Source: Candidatus Babelota bacterium (GTDB lineage: Bacteria > Babelota > Babeliae > Babelales > Babelaceae). Taken from it: a stretch of 64,000 nucleotides of DNA. The stretch is taken from positions 334-64,333 of the forward strand of contig PLTG01000021.1 of the NCBI GenBank assembly GCA_003165355.1, given 5' to 3'. The first letter of the stretch is position 1, and the number at the start of each line of letters is the position of its first letter. The position numbers and the translations under genes were made by a program. Under the pieces are notes generated by a model that was not told the origin of the DNA, ran no database searches, and worked only from the letters and a program-made list of their open reading frames with translations. Below are positions 46,698 through 54,860 of the stretch, piece by piece.

Positions 46698-47359
46698 AAT
46701 ATCTTGTACATATACTACTCATCGTTTTAGTAAGCGTGTTAGTTATCACGTATGGCGCTTTGCATGCAGAGACTATAAAGACAGAAGGCCGCTTTCTTGA
46801 TACCGCATCAGATTACCCTATAACCGTCGCCTACGTGTATGACGGCTGCCACCACCAGTCATCTGAATATTGCAGTAGTCGCAAGCCATCATATCATCAG
46901 AATAAAAGAACATTATGGAATGTAAGTAGAGACAGTGAGCTATGTGCAGCGAATGTGCATTTTATGGCTATCGATACCTCACGTAATCGCATAAAGAATG
47001 TTAAGCAGTTTTTATCAATAACGGGGTCAGATTCTTTTATAGTTTTTCTTAATGGCTATATAGCAAATTATGACTATCTATCCGGCACACCAACCGAACA
47101 GCAATTGATAGCCTATATTAAACGCGCAGCGGGAAATGCTCTTACTACAGACGAACGTCTTGAACGGCAGCCTGGTCAGTGCGCACAGAAATGCCATCGC
47201 TATGCTCCGTGTGATACAACCCAGTCATGGCGTGGTAACCCCTCTTGGCAGGTTCAAGGATATTACGGGGTGATGGGTGGCGAGCCGCCGCATAGTTATG
47301 GATACGCACAGGCGGGAGCATATAGCTATGGGATGGGCTTTAGGCGATTACCAAATTAA
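46694..47359 (+). CDS. membrane-anchored hypothetical protein with Tyr/Gly-rich tail
   Basis: N-terminal TM segment LVHILLIVLVSVLVITYGAL. The start overlaps the upstream stop (ATGA). C-terminal GYYGVMGGEPPHSYGYAQAGAYSYGMGF. Confidence 0.6.
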   Translation: MKYLVHILLIVLVSVLVITYGALHAETIKTEGRFLDTASDYPITVAYVYDGCHHQSSEYCSSRKPSYHQNKRTLWNVSRDSELCAANVHFMAIDTSRNRIKNVKQFLSITGSDSFIVFLNGYIANYDYLSGTPTEQQLIAYIKRAAGNALTTDERLERQPGQCAQKCHRYAPCDTTQSWRGNPSWQVQGYYGVMGGEPPHSYGYAQAGAYSYGMGFRRLPN

Positions 47360-47390
47360 CAATAGATATTCTTAGGATGAATAGCCGCTT

Positions 47391-47505
47391 CAGTCTTCGC
47401 TCTTTTGAGCTACGCCCGACAGGCGCCCTGCTGTGTCCGCCATAGCACACTGTGCGACGGCTGGAAGTGAAGCGTAGCGAAATCGAACGGGTACGACGGC
47501 AAAAC
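47391..47505. repeat. GC-rich dispersed repeat, long copy
   Basis: Contains gcgccctgctgtgtccgccatagc...gcgacggctgga (as in 6848-6920 and 7024-7068) fused to the 38-nt core shared with 18673-18710. Lies directly upstream of the five-paralog array. Confidence 0.65.
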
Positions 47506-47546
47506 AAAGTTGCGAAAGAGCTCTAATAAATAAAAAGAGAAATTGT

Positions 47547-49424
47547 ATGAAAAAAATTATTTTACTTATCTTGCTTATATCTGGGCAAATATCTGCTTTG
47601 CAAGTCGGGCTTAACCAAAAACGAAATTTAGCCACGCCAAGGGAGCGATTGCAAGCAAAGCGTGCCAATCTGGATTTAAAAAAAACGAGCGAATTTCCCT
47701 ATGCTCCAAGGGGGTTACTTATATTTTTAAATGATCTTGAAAAAGAGTGTACTGCAGAGGCGGTGGGGCAGGCATTCACTTACGCTCTTCTTCAACAGCC
47801 GGGGCCTATCATAGTGTCAGCAAATTTGGTACGCAGTGTGTTTGCAAGCGATCGAAAAATGGATTTGGTCGGTGCCATTTCTCGATTCGAGGGAGAAAAA
47901 GTTTCTTTTGATGATACTAATCCCTGTACAGTACTTGTTTCTTCTGACTTTGACATACAAAAATGGATTATAAAAGAAATAAGCAGTGATCTTTATCTGC
48001 TTTTACCGCATAGTTATCTTGAAAGATTAAACATAAGCTCTGCGCAAGTGAATTATTGGGAAAAACCTGAAGTTAATCAAATCGAATTGATCTTGGGATT
48101 TAAAGTGAATCATATGCGCACGATTCAAGTGGACGATATGATCGAAAAACCTCTCACACGCAAACATGAAAACGCTGCCTATTTTGTAGATGCTTTATAT
48201 AAAGGGGATCTTTTTTGTACCCGTGCGGATTATCAAAAAAGTTTGATAGCGCAACCTCTTTGGACATGGTTTATGGTGGGGCACGGATATACGGGAGAAA
48301 CGATTGTTGATATACCTATAAATGATTTTAAAAAGCTTCTTGATTTTGCATCAACTCGAATAACTATGCGCTTGCTTGCCTATTTGACCTGTTATGGCGC
48401 GGGTATAAATACGGAACTTTTATATAATGATGAAAAAACTGGCATACAGAAAACATATCCTTTTGCGATCGTAACGCAGGCGATAACTGATTCTCAAACT
48501 TGGGGGTATATACATAAAGAAGCGTCTTCATCGCGTGAAGTAATGGAGGAATATACAGAACGGCCCTATGATTTTGATACTTTTATAAAATTGTCAGAAA
48601 AAAGAGATATCGATTATGAAGAAATCCTAGGATGTTTATTTAATATAATTCCGAAGAAAAATTTTCCAGGTAATATCGCACAAATTAAATTACCGGGAAT
48701 AGAATGGTTTTCGACGGTCGCAGGCAAGCAAGATGTGGTAAGTATAGGTTCTGTCATGTCTCGCACAAGAACAGCGCCATTGAATATTCAGAGATTTTTT
48801 ACTAAAAAGTCAGCAAAAGCAAATCCTGCAAGAGTAGATCCTAAAGCGCTGCTTTTAGAAACAACATATATACCATTTGAAATCATCATTAATGGCTCTA
48901 GCTTGGAATATATTATATCCATGGTCCCTATGCCTGGTATGGCGAGTATTTATATCGCTGCTTTAAAATCTTCAGTACATGATATTAATAAAATATTGGA
49001 TTTAATCCAACGTATTAATGGTTACGATACTAAGTGGCTCAACAAAAGATTTTATATATCGCGTATTACCGCTTTAAATGATAAGGATCAATTGACCGAA
49101 TATAGAGATGTCGTAGTATTTCCTAATGGTTACACCTATTTTAAGCAGGGATCGAACATTTACTATAAACGTATGGTAGATGAAAAAGCGATAGACGAAA
49201 ATTCTGAGGAGGGGCGTGAAGTAGTGAGTTGTTTACGTGATCATTATAGTGAAGAAACTTTTGATGCAATAAAAAGCGAAGCATATAACTATTCAAAAAA
49301 GTTGGATGTAGGAACTACGGAACAAACTGAAGGACTTTCACCAGAAAATATCAGTAAGCTTGAGGAATTATTTAAAAAACGTAGTGCTGCGGCTGCCGTT
49401 GGGAAGTTGGCTGCTTCTGAATGA
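47547..49424 (+). CDS. secreted protein, array paralog 1 (candidate caspase-like His/Cys protein)
   Basis: Leader MKKIILLILLISGQISA. WFMVGHG (His codon 48282) and LLAYLTCYGAG (Cys codon 48390). Shares most conserved family blocks with copies 2-4. Confidence 0.85.
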   Translation: MKKIILLILLISGQISALQVGLNQKRNLATPRERLQAKRANLDLKKTSEFPYAPRGLLIFLNDLEKECTAEAVGQAFTYALLQQPGPIIVSANLVRSVFASDRKMDLVGAISRFEGEKVSFDDTNPCTVLVSSDFDIQKWIIKEISSDLYLLLPHSYLERLNISSAQVNYWEKPEVNQIELILGFKVNHMRTIQVDDMIEKPLTRKHENAAYFVDALYKGDLFCTRADYQKSLIAQPLWTWFMVGHGYTGETIVDIPINDFKKLLDFASTRITMRLLAYLTCYGAGINTELLYNDEKTGIQKTYPFAIVTQAITDSQTWGYIHKEASSSREVMEEYTERPYDFDTFIKLSEKRDIDYEEILGCLFNIIPKKNFPGNIAQIKLPGIEWFSTVAGKQDVVSIGSVMSRTRTAPLNIQRFFTKKSAKANPARVDPKALLLETTYIPFEIIINGSSLEYIISMVPMPGMASIYIAALKSSVHDINKILDLIQRINGYDTKWLNKRFYISRITALNDKDQLTEYRDVVVFPNGYTYFKQGSNIYYKRMVDEKAIDENSEEGREVVSCLRDHYSEETFDAIKSEAYNYSKKLDVGTTEQTEGLSPENISKLEELFKKRSAAAAVGKLAASE

Positions 49425-49454
49425 AGATTGAAATTTTTTGAAGGGGGAAATCGT

Positions 49455-51239
49455 ATGAAAAAAATTATTTTACTTATCTTGCTTCTATCTGGGCAGGTAT
49501 GTGCCCTTCAGCCGGGGCTTGCGTCTGCGCGAAAATTTGCTACACCAATGGAACAATTGCAGGCAAAATCTCGAAGTACTGCTCAGCCAATTCAAACTGA
49601 AGAGATTGATGTTCCGGAATATGCGCCGCGGGCCGTGCTTATTTTTCTGCATGAGCCCAATAATTTTTGTATTCTTGAATCGACTAGCTTAAATTTAACT
49701 GAAGCACTTATTCAAAAAGCTGGTCCAATCATAGTATCAACAAGTCTTTTGCGAAGTGTCTTGAGTTATCATTTGCCCCCATCGATGAATGAAATAGACA
49801 AAAACTATAACCCTTGTAGAAGGCTTTTGACACAATTTGACAGTAATGAATGGGTTATTAAAGAGGCGACAGAAGATCTTTATCTCCTCATTCCCCATAC
49901 GTATCTTAAAATGGTTAATATTGAAGTTGCTGAGCTTCATCAAGAAAATGCAAATTCTTTAACAGCGGTTGAGTTGAAGCTGGGGCTTAAGGTTAATCAT
50001 ATGCGCTCGTTGCCGATCGAAAAGATAAATACCGCAAGTCTTTTGCCGCTCGAGAATAATTATTTTGTGCGTGCATTACAAGAGGGAAAATTATTTTGTG
50101 AGCGGAATAATTATCAAAATAGCGAAGTTCCACAACCATTATGGACATGGTACTTGTCGGGTCATGGAATATTTAAAAATATTATCGCAGGAATTCTATT
50201 GGAGGACTTTAAGAAGGTACTTGCATTCGTTTCAACTAAAATTAACATGCGGTTGCTTATGTATCAGACATGCTATGGCGCTGGAGCAAATACCGAACTT
50301 ATTTACCATGATGAAGAAACAACCTTGCAAAAGACATACCCCTTTATTATTGCCACGCAGGCGATTTCTGATGCACCTACTACACATACTTTTTTTATCC
50401 CAGCTTTGGGTGATAAAATTGCGCGCCCTGATAATTTTCGTGCTTTTGTAGCATTGGTGCTTGAGCAGGACCTTGATTATGAGAGGGCAATCGCCAGTTT
50501 GTTTCATATAAACCCAGACCTCTATTACGCGGGTAATATTGCTCAAATTAAATTGCCGGGAACTGAGTGGTTTTCAGTTATGGCAGGTAAAAATGATGTG
50601 GTGACTATAGGAAAAATCATGGCACGGACGAGAAAAGAGCCATTAGATATACAAAAATTTTTTAGGACAAAAGATCCGAAAGCGATACTTTTAGAATCGA
50701 CTTATATTCCTTTTGAATTGATTATTAACGCGCCGCATATGGAATACATTATTTCTGTTGCTCCGGGTAACATGTCGACATATTTGCGGGGAATCCGTTC
50801 TGAGAAACATGATATAAACCAGATACTTAAATGGTTTCAGGGTATCAGCCTGACTGACGATGAGCTTTTTTATAAAACAATATACATAGAGCATATTGTT
50901 GTACAGGATAAAAAGGGTCAATCAACAGAATATACGGATATTGTAATTATGCCATCTGGAGGCGTCTATTTCAAACATGGTTCAGATATCTTTTTCAAGG
51001 AGCTGGATAAATTTGCCGTAAATAGTGCGCAGGTGCCTAACGATATGTGGGCTAGGGTATATGGGCCATCTTTCATTAAAGATATAAAGGAACGGAGTCT
51101 GAAATATGCACAAAGATCTAATGCGCGTGCCACTGAAAAGACTGAAGGATTATCACCAGAAAACATGAGCAAGCTTGAAGATGCAATCAAACAAAAAGCT
51201 GTAGCGGTTGGTAAATTAAAAAATGAGGGGACGATATGA
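49455..51239 (+). CDS. secreted protein, array paralog 2
   Basis: ATG at 49455 lies behind aagggggaa. WYLSGHG (His 50163) and LLMYQTCYGAG (Cys 50271). The track ORF starts at 49428. Confidence 0.85.
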   Translation: MKKIILLILLLSGQVCALQPGLASARKFATPMEQLQAKSRSTAQPIQTEEIDVPEYAPRAVLIFLHEPNNFCILESTSLNLTEALIQKAGPIIVSTSLLRSVLSYHLPPSMNEIDKNYNPCRRLLTQFDSNEWVIKEATEDLYLLIPHTYLKMVNIEVAELHQENANSLTAVELKLGLKVNHMRSLPIEKINTASLLPLENNYFVRALQEGKLFCERNNYQNSEVPQPLWTWYLSGHGIFKNIIAGILLEDFKKVLAFVSTKINMRLLMYQTCYGAGANTELIYHDEETTLQKTYPFIIATQAISDAPTTHTFFIPALGDKIARPDNFRAFVALVLEQDLDYERAIASLFHINPDLYYAGNIAQIKLPGTEWFSVMAGKNDVVTIGKIMARTRKEPLDIQKFFRTKDPKAILLESTYIPFELIINAPHMEYIISVAPGNMSTYLRGIRSEKHDINQILKWFQGISLTDDELFYKTIYIEHIVVQDKKGQSTEYTDIVIMPSGGVYFKHGSDIFFKELDKFAVNSAQVPNDMWARVYGPSFIKDIKERSLKYAQRSNARATEKTEGLSPENMSKLEDAIKQKAVAVGKLKNEGTI

Positions 51240-52954
51240 AGAAGATTTTGTTACTTGCTTTGCTCATAAGCGGACACCTTTATGCTCTGCAGCCGGGGCT
51301 TGCGTCTGCGCGAAAATTAGCGACGCCAGTGGAGCAATTGCAGACGAAACACCAAAATACTGCTACGGGTACCTTGTATCCTCCGGAGGTGGAGTCGGAC
51401 TTTTCTGCTGTTGAATATGCTCCACGTGGATTACTTATTTTTTTGAATCATCAGCTGAGCAAATCTTGCATTACTGAGGCAATTAGCTTGAATTTAACCG
51501 AGGCGCTCGTTCAAAAGGCCGGACCCATCATCGCATCAAAAAATCTGGTGCACAGTGTCTTAGCCAAGTATCTGCCACCCGCTCAAAAAGGGAATTATTC
51601 TTGGTCCGAAATTGATTTAAATAACGAAAATAATCCGTGTACGAGACTTATTTTGAAATTTAACAGTGATGAATGGGTAATCAAAGAAATAACGCAAGAT
51701 CTTTATCTTCTTATTCCGCAAGCATACCTTTTGTGGGTAACTATCGACCCTGCTGAACTGAGCCTTGATAATGCGGCGTCATTAACGACAACGGAGCTCA
51801 AGCTCGGCCTTAAGGTCAACCATATGCGCACTGTATCGATCGAACAGGTGAATAAGGGGCGCTTCGAGGCCTTAGGCGACGGGTTTATAAAGGCACTGCG
51901 GGAGAATATGCTCTTTTGCGAGCGTAGGAACTATCAAGGGAGCGAAGTGCCTCAACCCCTTTGGACGCTCTATTTTTCCGGGCATGGTGAATTTGAAGAA
52001 ACTATGGCTGGAATGAGTCTTGATGATTTTAAGAAGATGCTTATCTTCGCTTCAGATAAAATCAATGTAAGATTACTTATGTATCAATCCTGCTATGGCG
52101 CGGGGCTTAATGCTGAGCTTATTTATTACGACCAGGCGGCAGCCACCAATAAGACGTATCCCTTTGCCATCGCTACCCAAGCCATTACTGATGCACCTAC
52201 CATTCAAAGTCACGTTGTGTTTGGTAAAAAAGTGCCGCGGCCGGATGACTACCAAGGCTTTATGGCATTGGTGCATGAGCAAGATCTGGATTATAAAAAA
52301 GCGATCGCGTTAGTGTTTCATACGGAGCCAGACATAAGCTATAGGGGCAATATTGCACAAATTAAATTGCCGGGTACAGGATGGTTTTCTGTGGTCGCTG
52401 ATAAAAATCATATTGTGACTATTGGCAACGTCTTGGCTCGTACAAGAAAAAATCCTTTAAATGTTCAAAAATATTTTAAGGCAACGGCATTGAAAGCGCT
52501 TCTTCTTGCCGCGCCCTACATTTTATTTGATCTGATTATCGATGTGCAGTTGGATTTTATCATCTCACTTGTCCCAGGAAGTGGTGCCACGTATCTGCAA
52601 GGGATTCGTTCCGATAAATATCCTATAGATACGATATTGGGTTGGTTTCAGCGCATTCCACTTACTGATAGCAGCCTGTCGCTGGACAAGATGTTTTATA
52701 TAGAGCATATTGTTGCCCCGAATCAAGAGAGGAAATTAACTGAATATACCGATGTTTTCATTGCATCTTCGGGGGGCGCCTATTTTAAGCATGATTCAAA
52801 TATTTTTTTCAAAAATGATCAGCATGTAAGCGCGAAACGTATGACTGAGCCATTTACAGGAGGGGTATTTGGTCCGGCCTATTGGGATGGCTCTCTGGTT
52901 AAAGGCCTAAAGAAGCGAAAGAACAAATATGCAGAGCAAAAATTGCTCAATTAA
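51236..52954 (+). CDS. secreted protein, array paralog 3 (lacks the C-terminal tail)
   Basis: ATGA overlap with copy 2. LYFSGHG (His 51983) and LLMYQSCYGAG (Cys 52091). Ends before the EKTEGLSPEN tail. Confidence 0.85.
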   Translation: MKKILLLALLISGHLYALQPGLASARKLATPVEQLQTKHQNTATGTLYPPEVESDFSAVEYAPRGLLIFLNHQLSKSCITEAISLNLTEALVQKAGPIIASKNLVHSVLAKYLPPAQKGNYSWSEIDLNNENNPCTRLILKFNSDEWVIKEITQDLYLLIPQAYLLWVTIDPAELSLDNAASLTTTELKLGLKVNHMRTVSIEQVNKGRFEALGDGFIKALRENMLFCERRNYQGSEVPQPLWTLYFSGHGEFEETMAGMSLDDFKKMLIFASDKINVRLLMYQSCYGAGLNAELIYYDQAAATNKTYPFAIATQAITDAPTIQSHVVFGKKVPRPDDYQGFMALVHEQDLDYKKAIALVFHTEPDISYRGNIAQIKLPGTGWFSVVADKNHIVTIGNVLARTRKNPLNVQKYFKATALKALLLAAPYILFDLIIDVQLDFIISLVPGSGATYLQGIRSDKYPIDTILGWFQRIPLTDSSLSLDKMFYIEHIVAPNQERKLTEYTDVFIASSGGAYFKHDSNIFFKNDQHVSAKRMTEPFTGGVFGPAYWDGSLVKGLKKRKNKYAEQKLLN

Positions 52955-52970
52955 AAAAACGGGGGAAGTC

Positions 52971-54830
52971 ATGAAGAAGATTTTATTAATTATTGTGCTC
53001 GTATCTGGGCAGATGCGTGCTGCACAGGTCGGGCTTTCGCAGCAGCGTATAACAACGCCTATGGAGCAGTTGCAAGAGCAATACCGCAATGCACCGGTTA
53101 AAGCGAGTGCATATACATTAGAGCAAGAGGCTGGCCAGCCAGATATTGAGTATGCGCCACGCGGATTACTTATATTTTTGGATGAGCCTCGGGAGTATTG
53201 CCTCAAAAAAGAAGCAGTCAGCCTTGATTTGACAGAAGCAATTATTCAAAAAGCAGGGCCAATAATAGTATCGGCTAATATATTGCGAAGTGTTTTGAAA
53301 GATTACTTACCACCGTCAGAAAGAACAATGTATGGGAAAACAGTTTCTTACGTTAAATCTTTCTTTTCAAAAGAGAGTAAATCAGAAAAAGCTTTCAACT
53401 CTTGTGAGATACTTATATCCAAAAACTTTGATAGTAGTGAGTGGATTATAAAAGAGGTATCAAAAGAGCTTTATTGCATGTTGCCCTATACATATCTTGA
53501 CATGGTTAAAGTTGCTCTTGCTGATGTGCAAAAAGAAAATGCGTCCTCTATAACCCCGACTGAATTAACATTAGGACTTAAAGTAAATCATATGCGTAAT
53601 GTAGATATACGAGAAATAAGCACTGCTCAGATTATACCATCAGATAGGTCTTATTTTGTTCGAGCATTGACAGGTGGCAATTTATTCTGCGAGCGTGCAG
53701 CTTATCAAGAAAGTTATATATCGCGGCCTTTATGGACGTGGTACATGATGGGTCATGGATTTGTTAGTCAATACATAGTCGGGATGCCCATTGAAGACTT
53801 TAAAAAAGTGCTTACATTTATCACTGATCATTTAACTATGCGATTACTCGTGTATCAAACATGTTATGGTGCTGGGTTAAATACCGAGCTTGTATATAAT
53901 GATGAAAAAACCAATATGCAAAGAGCATATCCATTTACTATTGTTACACAAGCGATCACTGATGCTAGTGTCGCTCAATTAGTTCTCAGTTATGGTGTCA
54001 AAAGAGAGCGACCACGAGACTTTAGCACTTTTACCAAATATGGTCATGATAACGATATTGATTATGAAAAAGTAATAAAGACAGTGTTTCATATAGCTCC
54101 TGATCCATTTTATAAAGGTAATATCGCACAAATCAAATTGCCTGGAATAGAATGGTTTTCCGTTGTTGCCGGAAAAAATGATGTGGTCGGTATAGGAACT
54201 ATTATGGCTAAAACACGCAGTAAGCCATTAGATATTCATAAATGGTTTAAAGCGGAAAATCCCAGAGCATTGCTTTTAGAAACCACTTATATACCCTTTG
54301 AGATCATTATTAATGTGCCTCATTTAGAATACATAATATCAGTAGTGGCTGGGGAGACTAATACTTATATAGAAGCGATAACTTCTTCAGTGTATGACAT
54401 CAATCAAATTCTTAATACATTCCAGCGTATAGAACTATCTGCGGGTATTGAATTGATGAAAAAAATATACATTTCCCGTATTACTGCATTAAATGATCAG
54501 GGACAACCGACAGAATATAAAGATATCATTATCGCGCCGAATAATAATGTTTATTATACGCAAGGTGCTGATATTTTTTTCAAAAGGCCTGATCAAAAAG
54601 CGGTAAGTACTGCGCAAGAAAGCGATTTATTCCTTAAAATTTATAATAAGCAAGTATTTGATTTCATAAAGAGTCAAGCCCAACGATATGCGAAGAAATC
54701 GAGCAGACGAGCAACTGAAAAAACTGAAGGACTTTCGCCAGAAAGTATCAGTAAACTTGAGAATGTATTAAAAACGCGCGATATATCAAAAGCTACAGCA
54801 GTTGGTGCACTAGCAAAGGCAGGGAAATAA
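52971..54830 (+). CDS. secreted protein, array paralog 4
   Basis: ATG at 52971 lies behind gggggaag. WYMMGHG (His 53754) and LLVYQTCYGAG (Cys 53862). The track ORF starts at 52929. Confidence 0.85.
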   Translation: MKKILLIIVLVSGQMRAAQVGLSQQRITTPMEQLQEQYRNAPVKASAYTLEQEAGQPDIEYAPRGLLIFLDEPREYCLKKEAVSLDLTEAIIQKAGPIIVSANILRSVLKDYLPPSERTMYGKTVSYVKSFFSKESKSEKAFNSCEILISKNFDSSEWIIKEVSKELYCMLPYTYLDMVKVALADVQKENASSITPTELTLGLKVNHMRNVDIREISTAQIIPSDRSYFVRALTGGNLFCERAAYQESYISRPLWTWYMMGHGFVSQYIVGMPIEDFKKVLTFITDHLTMRLLVYQTCYGAGLNTELVYNDEKTNMQRAYPFTIVTQAITDASVAQLVLSYGVKRERPRDFSTFTKYGHDNDIDYEKVIKTVFHIAPDPFYKGNIAQIKLPGIEWFSVVAGKNDVVGIGTIMAKTRSKPLDIHKWFKAENPRALLLETTYIPFEIIINVPHLEYIISVVAGETNTYIEAITSSVYDINQILNTFQRIELSAGIELMKKIYISRITALNDQGQPTEYKDIIIAPNNNVYYTQGADIFFKRPDQKAVSTAQESDLFLKIYNKQVFDFIKSQAQRYAKKSSRRATEKTEGLSPESISKLENVLKTRDISKATAVGALAKAGK

Positions 54831-54860
54831 ATTATAAATTGTGGGAAAGGTGGGACATAT

